This document shows, piece after piece, positions 10,288 through 18,726 of a DNA stretch of 33,653 bases (the first letter of the stretch is position 1; each line of letters opens with the position of its first letter). Source of the stretch: Candidatus Aerophobota bacterium (GTDB taxonomy: Bacteria > Aerophobota > Aerophobia > Aerophobales > B3-G15); NCBI GenBank assembly GCA_014859225.1, contig JACUUP010000003.1, positions 1-33,653 of the forward strand, given 5' to 3'. The notes under the pieces were generated by a model. That model made no database searches. It saw nothing but the letters and a program-made list of their open reading frames with translations, and was not told where the DNA came from. The translations under genes and the position numbers were made by a program.

Positions 10288-12393
10288 TTAATCCTCCTTA
10301 CCAATTTTAATTCTGGCATCTATCACTACTCCTCCCTTTTCCCAGACTACAAGAGGGTTAGCCTCAATTTCTCTTATCCAGGGAATATCTTGAACAAGTT
10401 GGGAGAGTCTTAGTAAACAATTCCTGATAATTTCAACATCACAAGCAGGTTCATTCCTGAATCCCTGTAATAGTTTTGAGGCTATTTTTGTTTCCTGAAT
10501 CATTTCATCCACCTTATTTACAGAAAGAGGTACAAGGCGTGTGGCAAAATCTCTAAATAATTCTACATACCTGCCACCAAGACCGAATCTTATGAGATGA
10601 CCAAAAGTCTCATCCGCTACTGCTCCAATCAGGATTTCTTTTCCCTCTTTTACCACAGGCTGAATTGAGATACCATCTATCTCATTTTTGCCTTGCAGAG
10701 TTTTTCTGGAATTCTCTAGTATCTGCCTGAAAGCATCGGGCACCTGCCTATTTTTTACACCAACTTTAACTCCTCCTATATCTGATTTGTGAATGATTGC
10801 CGGGGACTCTATTTTCATAACTACAGGTCTCGCAATTCTCTTGGCTATCTGGACAGCCTCATCTATTGTTTTCGCAAGGTAATTTTCTACTGTGGGTATA
10901 CCGTATATTTTCATTATTTGAAGCGCTTTACCTCCGCCTATCTCCAGGTAACCTTTGTTTTTTTCTTTAATCAGAATATTCTTTGCTTTTGATTTTTCCA
11001 CAGGAAAGAGCCTTATTTTTTCTTCCTCCTTGCGATACTTTGTGGTATATTCTATCATATAACGCAAAACTTTTATTGCTGCATCAGGGTCCCTATAGTT
11101 GGGGATTTTTGCTGCGTGCAGGATAGGAATAGCTGACTTTATCATTTCTCCCCCCATAAAGCAGGTTAAAACAGTTTTTTCTTCGTTTTTAAAGAGTTTT
11201 TGCACCACTGTAGCTATCTCTTTGGGTTTGGTAGTTGTCTGGGGAGTAACAATAAGTAAAATAACATCAACATTTGGGTCAGGTGAGATGGTTTTCAGGG
11301 TAAACTCAAAACGCTCAGGTTCGGCATCACCCAGAATATCAAGAGGATTGGAGATTGAACTTGCAGATGGAAGTTTTTCTCTTAACCTGTTTTTTGTATC
11401 CTCAGTTAAGGAGGCAAGCTCTATAGAATAATCCTCACAGGCATCAGTAGCCAAAATTCCAGCTCCTCCCGCATTGGTTACAAGCAAAACTTTTTTACCC
11501 CGGGGAAACCTCTCAGATGAAAATCCTCTCAGCATCTCAAAAGCCTCAGTCACAGTTTTTGCCCTGATGATACCTGTTTCTTTAAATGCTACATCGTAGG
11601 TCTCGTCAGCTCCAGAAAGCGCTCCCGTATGAGAAGATGCTGCCCTCCTTCCTGCTCTGGATCTACCAGATTTTATCATAATTACAGGTTTTTCTTTAAC
11701 TACCTCTCCTGCTACATTTATAAAATCTCTACCCCTCTGGATACTTTCCAGATATCCCATTATTACTCTGGTATGGATATCATCTTTAAGATAGCATAAA
11801 AGGTCAATCTCATCAATGTCAGCCTTGTTGCCAAGACTTACAAATTTTGATAAACCGACGCCTTCTTGCCTGCACTGGTCAAGAAGTGTACACCCCAGGG
11901 CTCCTGACTGGGAGATGAAGGCAATATTACCGGCCGGAGGGTAAGTAGGGGCAAAAGAGGCATTTAAATTTTCATAGGTATTAATTATCCCTAATATGTT
12001 GGGGCCTAAAATACGCACGCCCAATTTTTTAGCTTTTTTTACAAGTTCATCCTCTAATTTTGCGCCTTCCTCTCCTGTTTCTTTAAATCCCGCTGTTATG
12101 AGAGCAGCAGCATTTATCTTTTTTTCCCCACAGTCCTCAATTACACTGCCAACAAACCTGGCAGGGACAACGATAATACAAAGGTCAACTTTTTCCGGGA
12201 TTTCAGTTAAAGCAGGGTAAACTTTCAAACCGTTCAAATGAGTAGATATAGTTGCTTTCTTGTTTACAGGGAAGATACTGCCTTTAAAATTTGCCTTGAG
12301 CAGATTTCTTAAAATTTGATTTCCCAGCTTTTCTTTTTCCAGGCTAACTCCCACAATTGAAACCGATTTGGGAGCAAAGAACTCATCAAACAT
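10288..12393 (-). CDS. Acetate/acyl-CoA ligase (NDP-forming), fused alpha-beta ACD type
   Basis: CoA-binding N-domain (PKSVSIVG), LGPNILG, ISQSGA, SLGNKAD, phospho-His motif AASSHTGAL, NPLDILGDA, C-terminal ATP-grasp (HKSDIGGV, EIEANPL). No GNAT domain. Start moved to ATG 12393 because of a GAGG RBS. Confidence 0.9.
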   Translation of the reverse strand: MFDEFFAPKSVSIVGVSLEKEKLGNQILRNLLKANFKGSIFPVNKKATISTHLNGLKVYPALTEIPEKVDLCIIVVPARFVGSVIEDCGEKKINAAALITAGFKETGEEGAKLEDELVKKAKKLGVRILGPNILGIINTYENLNASFAPTYPPAGNIAFISQSGALGCTLLDQCRQEGVGLSKFVSLGNKADIDEIDLLCYLKDDIHTRVIMGYLESIQRGRDFINVAGEVVKEKPVIMIKSGRSRAGRRAASSHTGALSGADETYDVAFKETGIIRAKTVTEAFEMLRGFSSERFPRGKKVLLVTNAGGAGILATDACEDYSIELASLTEDTKNRLREKLPSASSISNPLDILGDAEPERFEFTLKTISPDPNVDVILLIVTPQTTTKPKEIATVVQKLFKNEEKTVLTCFMGGEMIKSAIPILHAAKIPNYRDPDAAIKVLRYMIEYTTKYRKEEEKIRLFPVEKSKAKNILIKEKNKGYLEIGGGKALQIMKIYGIPTVENYLAKTIDEAVQIAKRIARPVVMKIESPAIIHKSDIGGVKVGVKNRQVPDAFRQILENSRKTLQGKNEIDGISIQPVVKEGKEILIGAVADETFGHLIRFGLGGRYVELFRDFATRLVPLSVNKVDEMIQETKIASKLLQGFRNEPACDVEIIRNCLLRLSQLVQDIPWIREIEANPLVVWEKGGVVIDARIKIGKED

Positions 12394-12437
12394 AACTGCC
12401 TCACTATAGTAAATATTCACTAAAGCACGCATCACAT

Positions 12438-12461
12438 GACAGGCAGGACGCCTGTCCTACG
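12438..12461 (-). repeat. REP-like palindrome, copy 1
   Basis: Minus strand CGTAGGACAGGCGTCCTGCCTGTC; GACAGGC/GCCTGTC stem; first 15 nt identical to 33599-33613. Confidence 0.75.
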
Positions 12462-12490
12462 AAGTATTAGTCACTTACTATACTATCTAT

Positions 12491-12526
12491 AAAAAAGCTC
12501 CGTACCCCTTAGTTTTTGCACGGAGC
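12491..12526 (-). terminator. Intrinsic terminator
   Basis: Minus strand GCTCCGTGC-12 nt loop-GTACGGAGC (9 bp with one G-U) followed immediately by TTTTTT. Confidence 0.8.
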
Positions 12527-12554
12527 AAGTTGGAGAATTTATTTTTAGGAAAAT

Positions 12555-12582
12555 ATTATAATTACTTTTTCCCCTCTGTCAA
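12555..12582 (-). promoter_or_regulatory. Consensus sigma70-type promoter upstream of acd-rpmF-plsX-fabH
   Basis: Minus strand TTGACA (12582-12577), 16 nt, TATAAT (12560-12555). Confidence 0.8.
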
Positions 12583-12607
12583 ACAAGCCAGGCAAGCCAG
12601 GGATTTT

Positions 12608-13102
12608 TCAGGAATTTACGCTAAATTTTTCCAGGAGTTTTTTCTCAACTACGGAGGGGACAAAATTTGAGGTATCACCGCCCAACTTAGCAATTTCTTT
12701 AATAATAGATGAGGAAAGATGCGAGTACTGCTGGTTGGTCATAAAGTAAATGATCTCCAGCTCTGAATTTAATTTTTTATTCATAAGATACATCTGAAAT
12801 TCGTATTCAAAATCAGAAAGTGCCCGCAAGCCACGGATGATAAATTTTGCCCCCTTTTTTTCTGCATAACTAACTAAAAGTCCTTTAAAACTTTCTACTT
12901 CAACATTTAATGAAGGAAGGAGTGCTTTTTTTATCATTTCAACTCTTTCTCTGGTGTTAAAAAGGTAAGGTTTTGCCGGATTTTGGTTATCATTCACCGC
13001 TATTGTGAGCTTGTCAAAGAGGTATCCACTTCTTTGAATTATATCTATATGCCCGTTGGTGATAGGGTCAAAAGTTCCAGGATATACGGCAATTTTATTC
13101 AT
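12608..13102 (-). CDS. coaD: Phosphopantetheine adenylyltransferase
   Basis: [42 protein letters not shown]. Confidence 0.97.
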   Translation of the reverse strand: MNKIAVYPGTFDPITNGHIDIIQRSGYLFDKLTIAVNDNQNPAKPYLFNTRERVEMIKKALLPSLNVEVESFKGLLVSYAEKKGAKFIIRGLRALSDFEYEFQMYLMNKKLNSELEIIYFMTNQQYSHLSSSIIKEIAKLGGDTSNFVPSVVEKKLLEKFSVNS

Positions 13103-13998
13103 TTTTTAATTTTTCTTAATTCTAAATAATCTTTAATGATTTTGCCATGGTCAAAAGCGATATTTTGAGGCAGGTCATTCTCAGAAAAAATTCTTACATT
13201 TTCTGCATCATCTCCCGCCTTTAACTTGCCCCTGGCTCTGACAACAAAAACAGTGGAGATAGTGTGGAAGCGTGGGTCTCGCCCCGGTTCTGAGTATGTA
13301 TGAAATTGATAAAGGTTATCTATTTCCAGGTTCGTTTCCTCTTTAATTTCCCTTCTTATCGCCTCCTCCAGAGTCTCTCCATAGTCCACAAATCCTCCTG
13401 GTAGAGCCCATCCATGGGGAGAGTTTTTTCTTTTAACCAGAATAATTCCCCCATTTTTTTCTACTATGGCATCCACTGTGGGAAAAGGATTTCTGTAAGT
13501 TTTCTCAAAATCCTTTAAAATTTTGCCGTGAGAAGGAAAAGCTAAAGGGGGAAGGCTGCACAAGGGGAAGAATTTAAATTCCTTAACTTCCTTTCCCGGC
13601 AAAAACGTGGACTCTGTAATTACTACTTCGTATCCAATCACTACGACCTTGTGGTACAGCCCGCTTTTATCTGAATGAACATTTATCAACCCCCGCACCT
13701 TTCCCTCTACTCCTATTTCCTCCCTGACTTCCCGCAGAATAGCTTCCTCTGGCTGCTCATCAATTTCCATGAATCCTCCCACCAGAGCCCACTTTCCTTC
13801 CCGGGGTGCAATAGCTCTTTTTATAACACCAACTACCCTTTGTTCTGGTCTGGTTAAAACTGCCACCACAACCGGAAGAGGATTCTGGTAATGAATGTAA
13901 CCACAATTTTTACATACTAAACGAGTTCTTTCCTCTTCCTCTATTAGTTTACGCTCTAAGTTTTCTCCACAGCAAATACAAAAACCTATTTCAGGCAA
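13099..13998 (-). CDS. Zinc-ribbon + tandem two-domain Nudix hydrolase
   Basis: N-terminal CICC...CKNC-HYQNP; Nudix box 1 [23 protein letters not shown]; Nudix box 2 [23 protein letters not shown]; RDPR and AFDH motifs in domain 2. TTG start. Confidence 0.88.
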   Translation of the reverse strand: MPEIGFCICCGENLERKLIEEEERTRLVCKNCGYIHYQNPLPVVVAVLTRPEQRVVGVIKRAIAPREGKWALVGGFMEIDEQPEEAILREVREEIGVEGKVRGLINVHSDKSGLYHKVVVIGYEVVITESTFLPGKEVKEFKFFPLCSLPPLAFPSHGKILKDFEKTYRNPFPTVDAIVEKNGGIILVKRKNSPHGWALPGGFVDYGETLEEAIRREIKEETNLEIDNLYQFHTYSEPGRDPRFHTISTVFVVRARGKLKAGDDAENVRIFSENDLPQNIAFDHGKIIKDYLELRKIKK

Positions 13999-14190
13999 CT
14001 ATTTACCCTTACCTTTTTCTGATAGTCTTTCTGCTATACTGATAATTCCCCCAGCTGCAAGTAAAATAAATCCTGCGCCAATTATCCCTGCAAGAAGAGC
14101 TAAGAAAAAGCCAAAGAGAAAGACTATTCCTGTTATACCTGCTAACAAAACTATTACCCAGATTGCAGCCTGTATGAGTTTTGTTTTCAC
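13999..14190 (-). CDS. Small hydrophobic membrane protein (63 aa)
   Basis: Two apparent TM helices and a basic tail; GTG start overlaps the upstream TGA and the stop abuts the next start. Confidence 0.7.
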   Translation of the reverse strand: MKTKLIQAAIWVIVLLAGITGIVFLFGFFLALLAGIIGAGFILLAAGGIISIAERLSEKGKGK

Positions 14191-15614
14191 ATATTTGTTA
14201 ATTTTGCTCCCTCACCTTGTCTACTTTTAAGTTCAAGAAAAACATCTTTGTTATTGATACATCCCGGGTCTGGAGCTTTGTAATTGCCAAAATACCCGTA
14301 AGCCCTGGCCCTGCAACCTCCACACGCCGCTCTGTAATCACACACCCCGCAGTGTCCCTCCAGGTCTTCTCTTACTCTGAGCTCTTTGAGGATAGGAGAA
14401 GTATTCCAGATTTCCGCAAAGCTTTTTAATTTTAAATCTCCTACAGGAATGGGCATAAATACACAGGGAGTTACAATGCCATCAGGTTGTATAGAGCAAT
14501 AAGCTCTTCCCACTCCGCATCCTCCAATAAACTCGGCAAGCACCCTGGCTTTTTTCCCTCTGGCATCAGTGTAGTGCGAGGTGGGAACCTCCCCTGATGA
14601 GCTTCTCATCATACAAACCCTGGCGTACTGGGGAGCAGTGGTCATACATACAAAGTGTTCTTTTTTGTAGTGTTCGTAGAGAATATTAAGCATCTTTTCT
14701 CTTTGTTCAGGAGTTAAATCCGCATCCACTATATTTTTTCCTCTACCGATAGGGATAAAATTGAAAGCGTAGAATTTATCTGCCCCGATATTTTTAGAAA
14801 ACTGAATAAGCTCCTCCAGTTCATCAAAATTATACTTGGTTACAGTGGAGGCAATCCCCACTTTAAGCTTCTGCTCAGCTACAACATTTTCTATTCCTTC
14901 AACAGCCCTCTTCCATAATCCGGGAACACCTCTAAAATTGTCGTAAACCTCTGGTTTGGTTGAGTCAAGACTTATTTCAACATAATTTAGCCCGACATCA
15001 ACCATTTTTTTTACCACATCAGGGGTAATTAATGTGCCATTTGTGGCTATTGATTGATAGAGATTGTATTTGGAGCCTCTTTCAATCGCTTTCCAGATTT
15101 CTTTATCCATTAAAGGTTCTCCACCTGAATAAGCGATGGAGAAAACATCTTCTCTTGCCAGCTGGTCAACTATATCCAGACGTTTGGTAAGTGGAAGTTC
15201 CTGTTGCAGTTTTTTCCCTGCATCCTGGTAGCAGTGTCTACATTTGAGGTTGCAGGCGTTGGTAAAGTTCCACACGACAACGGGCGGTGCGGAAAAAATC
15301 TGGGGTTTTCTCATACCGTATTTTCCCACCGATCTCATAGTTAGAGCAATTCCGTGCTGGAAGATAGGGTCGGAAAGCTTTTGTTTTGCTTCCTGTTTTG
15401 TTTGATTCAAGCAAAACCTTCCTATTTCAAAGAAAAGATAAAAAGGAAATAGCTTTAATCTGGTAGTTATTCTTAAAGGATGCTGATTTGTGTAGAATAT
15501 AAGAAGGTTCTCTAAGATACTTTTACCGTTTTTGTTTTTTCGGGCAAGATAGGAAAATACTATGCGATTGACCCTGTTTTTTAGAAAAAACCCCACAAGA
15601 TAGCTTAAGTCCAT
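14187..15614 (-). CDS. Radical SAM protein with C-terminal SPASM domain (NirJ/AhbC/PqqE-like fold) and about 110-aa N-terminal extension
   Basis: CNLKCRHC (CxxxCxxC), YSGGEPL, ATNGTL; SPASM cysteines in GGCGVG..YC, TPCVF, CGVC..ACGGCRARA, DPGC. GAGGAG RBS favours ATG 15614. Confidence 0.92.
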   Translation of the reverse strand: MDLSYLVGFFLKNRVNRIVFSYLARKNKNGKSILENLLIFYTNQHPLRITTRLKLFPFYLFFEIGRFCLNQTKQEAKQKLSDPIFQHGIALTMRSVGKYGMRKPQIFSAPPVVVWNFTNACNLKCRHCYQDAGKKLQQELPLTKRLDIVDQLAREDVFSIAYSGGEPLMDKEIWKAIERGSKYNLYQSIATNGTLITPDVVKKMVDVGLNYVEISLDSTKPEVYDNFRGVPGLWKRAVEGIENVVAEQKLKVGIASTVTKYNFDELEELIQFSKNIGADKFYAFNFIPIGRGKNIVDADLTPEQREKMLNILYEHYKKEHFVCMTTAPQYARVCMMRSSSGEVPTSHYTDARGKKARVLAEFIGGCGVGRAYCSIQPDGIVTPCVFMPIPVGDLKLKSFAEIWNTSPILKELRVREDLEGHCGVCDYRAACGGCRARAYGYFGNYKAPDPGCINNKDVFLELKSRQGEGAKLTNM

Positions 15615-15680
15615 GGGCAACTCCTCTCTGGAGGTTCGGTATTGTCAGCTCCTCTTTGAAAAATTTTATTTTGTTTGACA

Positions 15681-17306
15681 CTACGGGGTTTTTGAGTTTA
15701 CCTTACTCTCAAAGTAAACCCTTTCTCTATTTCTTTTCTCGTAGTTTTCTATAACTTTACTCAGCTTCACATTTTCCGTATCAAGCTTTCCTTTTTTTAA
15801 GTCCTCCCAGAAACTTTGAGTTGCTTTTTTTATCTCTTCAGAGTATGTATCTAAGAATTTAGCTACATTTCCTTGAATTACCTCTTCTTCTCCGGGAAGG
15901 GCAGGTTTTAGGTTAAATTTTTCTACCGCTTCTCTTAAAATTAAGGGATTATCTATTATACAGCAGGGAGTGCACTTGTTTTCTATTTCCAGTTGTTTTG
16001 CTCTTATGAAGCGAAAAGCTGGATGTTGAATCACATCTTTCAGTGATTTTCCCTCTTGGTAGAAATCCTTTTCAATGTGGCCAATGCTAAAATCAGCAAA
16101 AACACAGGGAGTAATTTTCCCATCTGCTCTTATGTGAAAGTATTTTCTTGCTCCCGCAATACATCCTCCTACCCAGGGACCATCATTCCAGAAATCTCCT
16201 ATAAATAATGATTTCTTGTTTCTCATCTCCCAGGCAAAGTCTCTCAAACGGATTCTTTGCTCTGTGGTTGGCACGAGATTCACATTAGGCTCTCTTCCCT
16301 TGGGGATATACAGGAAAAACCATCCAAAAGATGCATCCTGATTTATTATATCATCTATAAGCTTTTCCTGGGTCAGGATATCTGCATTTTCCCTGGTGTA
16401 AGTGATGCTAAAGCCATGAAGTATTCCATACGAAGTTAGATTTTTTCTGGCATTTTCAATTAAAAGATACATCCCTTCCCCCCGTCTTGCATCGGTTTCC
16501 TCTTCAAAACCTTCCTGGCTTATAGCTGGGGTAACATTTCCCAATCTTGCCAGCAGGGGAACAATATTTTCTTTTCCAAAAAGGCGCTTATTTCTTTTTG
16601 CTGCCTTTTTTACTCTTTCCAGGCAGGAGATTGCTTTAGGGTCTTTCTTTTTTATCCTTTCAGAAAGCTCACTTTCAGCTAAATCTTTGTCTATTAACGA
16701 TGTGGCATTGGTGTAAACTTGAAAATATGTATCAGGGTTGGCATGAAAAAAATCTATGATATTTTTCTTATGTTTTTCATCCTTGTAGATAAATGGTTCC
16801 CCTCCCGAGATGGTGATAAACCTCACTCCTATTTTTTTAGCGTCAGATGCAATACGATTTAACAGGTTGTAGTCAAGATAAACTTTTCCTCTATCGGCAT
16901 TAGCATAACAACCAGGGCAGCTAAGGTCGCAGTATTTTAAAGGAGAAATAACAAAAAACCAGGGGGCTTCAAAACCATCTTTTTCTAAACTTTCCTGGAT
17001 TTTAATTTTGTTGGTGAATATCCAGGGGACGAAAAAAGTATCCACTAATTTTTTTCTAGGAGTTTCCGATAATCTTTTTTGAACAAGCAGTCTTGCAAGT
17101 TCCACATAAGGGTGACCATTTTTTGCCGCTTTTCTCACAACCTCTACAGCATTTTTGTTTTGTCCGGTGGAGTGCTCTTCCAGATTGCCCAGGACCTCGT
17201 CAAAAGTTGAGTAAAAATCCTCTTTATCAAGAGTTTGAGCCAACCTGGTTACATATTTCTGGATAAGAAAAGTAGCTGCCTTTTTTTTGACTATTTCTTT
17301 TATCAT
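15681..17306 (-). CDS. Radical SAM protein with SPASM/Twitch-like C-terminus and N-terminal helical extension
   Basis: CDLSCPGC (CxxxCxxC), ISGGEPF, YTNA, GDFWNDGPWVGGCIAG, TPCVF, CTPCCIID. GGGGGAG RBS favours ATG 17306. Confidence 0.9.
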   Translation of the reverse strand: MIKEIVKKKAATFLIQKYVTRLAQTLDKEDFYSTFDEVLGNLEEHSTGQNKNAVEVVRKAAKNGHPYVELARLLVQKRLSETPRKKLVDTFFVPWIFTNKIKIQESLEKDGFEAPWFFVISPLKYCDLSCPGCYANADRGKVYLDYNLLNRIASDAKKIGVRFITISGGEPFIYKDEKHKKNIIDFFHANPDTYFQVYTNATSLIDKDLAESELSERIKKKDPKAISCLERVKKAAKRNKRLFGKENIVPLLARLGNVTPAISQEGFEEETDARRGEGMYLLIENARKNLTSYGILHGFSITYTRENADILTQEKLIDDIINQDASFGWFFLYIPKGREPNVNLVPTTEQRIRLRDFAWEMRNKKSLFIGDFWNDGPWVGGCIAGARKYFHIRADGKITPCVFADFSIGHIEKDFYQEGKSLKDVIQHPAFRFIRAKQLEIENKCTPCCIIDNPLILREAVEKFNLKPALPGEEEVIQGNVAKFLDTYSEEIKKATQSFWEDLKKGKLDTENVKLSKVIENYEKRNRERVYFESKVNSKTP

Positions 17307-17367
17307 TTTCTCCCCCCCTTTTAACCTCTCAGGCTCTGTCAAACTTCTCTATTCTTATCATGTTTGT

Positions 17368-17994
17368 TTATGCCTGTTTTGCCCCGTTCCAGAAAATTTC
17401 CCAGACAAGCTCGTGGTCTTTTGACAGAGAGTCCTTTTCACCCTGAGATATCCAGTTTATAGTTAAGCTGTGAACTATTCCTATCAGTATTACTGCCAGT
17501 TTTCTTGTATCCAGAGGTTTCATTTCTTTTTTCTTTATAGCCCTCTCAATTAAATGCTGAATTATTCCCAGATACCTGGTGTGTTTTTTAATAACCCTTT
17601 CAGTTAATTCTTTTTCCATTTCTCTTTTATATTCTTTGGAGAGGCTTTGCAGTATTTTAAAGAAATTTCTATTTCTTTCTAAAAATTTCAGATGCACCTT
17701 TGTTAGTTTTTTTATCTCTTCGGTGGGCGAGCCTTCCTCTCCTATTCCTTCTTTTATTTTTTTCAAGAGGATGTCAAGTTTTCTCTCCACAATGGAGATG
17801 AAAAGGTCTTTTTTGTTTTCAAAATGAAGATAAATTGTGCCCTTTGCCAAATTAGCACCACCTGCAATTTCTTCCAGGGTGGTAAGATAAAACCCCTTTT
17901 TTGCAAAGAGCTTCTCTCCTGCCCGCAGTATCTTACCTTTCTGGTCAGCTCGTTTTATCCTTCTTTTTTCTATGACCTGTTTATTCCTTACCAT
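17368..17994 (-). CDS. TetR/AcrR-family transcriptional regulator
   Basis: HTH ILRAGEKLFAKKGFYLTTLEEIAGGANLAKGTIYLHFENKKDLF. Start moved to ATG 17994 (AGAAGGA RBS), since the ATG at 18033 lies inside the -10 box. Confidence 0.93.
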   Translation of the reverse strand: MVRNKQVIEKRRIKRADQKGKILRAGEKLFAKKGFYLTTLEEIAGGANLAKGTIYLHFENKKDLFISIVERKLDILLKKIKEGIGEEGSPTEEIKKLTKVHLKFLERNRNFFKILQSLSKEYKREMEKELTERVIKKHTRYLGIIQHLIERAIKKKEMKPLDTRKLAVILIGIVHSLTINWISQGEKDSLSKDHELVWEIFWNGAKQA

Positions 17995-18008
17995 AAGTTT
18001 TATCCTTC

Positions 18009-18026
18009 TGACTGACCGTTCAGTCA
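18009..18026. promoter_or_regulatory. Putative TetR operator
   Basis: Inverted repeat TGACTGA-ccgt-TCAGTCA immediately downstream of the tetR -10 element. Confidence 0.75.
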
Positions 18027-18031
18027 TTTTC

Positions 18032-18059
18032 ATAATAACCCAAAAAAAAATTCTGTCAA
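18032..18059 (-). promoter_or_regulatory. Promoter of the tetR-radical SAM unit
   Basis: Minus strand TTGACA (18059-18054), 16 nt, TATTAT (18037-18032). Confidence 0.75.
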
Positions 18060-18068
18060 GTCAACCAC

Positions 18069-18096
18069 TTGACAGGGAAAAAGGTTGGTATACCCT
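18069..18096 (+). promoter_or_regulatory. Promoter of tmk-holB
   Basis: TTGACA (18069-18074), 16 nt, TACCCT (18091-18096). Confidence 0.6.
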
Positions 18097-18124
18097 TAAG
18101 TAATCTTAAAGGGAGCGAGCAATT

Positions 18125-18721
18125 TTGTTTATAAGCTTTGAAGGTATTGATAAAAGCGGGAAGACAACCCAGGTTAACCTTTTAGCTAAATTTCTAACAG
18201 AGAAAAGCTACCCAGTGCTGTTAACAAAGGAGCCCGGGGGAACGAAGATAGGGGAAAAGATAAAAAAAATTTTACTTGAGGATTCTCAAGTTAGCCCCCT
18301 TGCTGAACTTTTCCTTTACCTTGCCGACAGGCACCAACATGTAGAAAAGGTGATAAAGCCTTCCCTGAAAGTGGGTAAAGTTGTCATTTCTGATAGATAT
18401 GCCGATGCTTCATTGGCCTATCAGGGATATGGAAGAGGTCTTGGCATTGAGTTTGTAAAAAAGCTTAACCAGAAGGTTACTGATGGGATTATGCCGGATA
18501 TAACCTTTCTTTTAGACCTTGAGCCAGAAAAAACTATGCCAAGAGCAAATAGGTTTGACCGCATAGAGAAGGAAAAGTTGACATTTCACCGCAGGGTCCG
18601 GGAGGGGTATCTGGAAATGGCAAATTTTGAACCGCAAAGGTTCAAAGTGATAAGAGCAGATACAACTGTTTACAAGATACATGAGAAAGTCAAGAGTGTC
18701 ATTTCGGAGTATTTGAAGTAA
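18125..18721 (+). CDS. tmk: Thymidylate kinase
   Basis: FISFEGIDKSGKTTQ, KEPGGT, ADRHQH, SDRYADASLAYQG, PDITFLLD. Confidence 0.97.
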   Translation: MFISFEGIDKSGKTTQVNLLAKFLTEKSYPVLLTKEPGGTKIGEKIKKILLEDSQVSPLAELFLYLADRHQHVEKVIKPSLKVGKVVISDRYADASLAYQGYGRGLGIEFVKKLNQKVTDGIMPDITFLLDLEPEKTMPRANRFDRIEKEKLTFHRRVREGYLEMANFEPQRFKVIRADTTVYKIHEKVKSVISEYLK

Positions 18722-18726
18722 AAAAT

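Noticed and set aside
10128-10319. Alternative-frame 63-aa ORF over rpmF
   Set aside because: The rpmF frame has the L32 motifs and RBS.
12506-12517. AAAAACUAA resembling the 3' tail of preQ1-I riboswitches
   Set aside because: No upstream P1 stem-loop with the preQ1 consensus; it lies in a terminator loop; downstream genes are unrelated to queuosine.
12584-12601. Tandem repeat CAAGCCAGG x2 after coaD
   Set aside because: Only two 9-nt units; no function can be supported.
14187-15614. Calling rSAM2 ahbC/ahbD/nirJ/pqqE
   Set aside because: The shared SPASM motifs are generic, it has an extra N-terminal domain, and no heme or PQQ genes are nearby.
17337-17342. TTGACA between tetR and rSAM1
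   Set aside because: No -10-like hexamer at 16-18 nt, so no internal promoter called.
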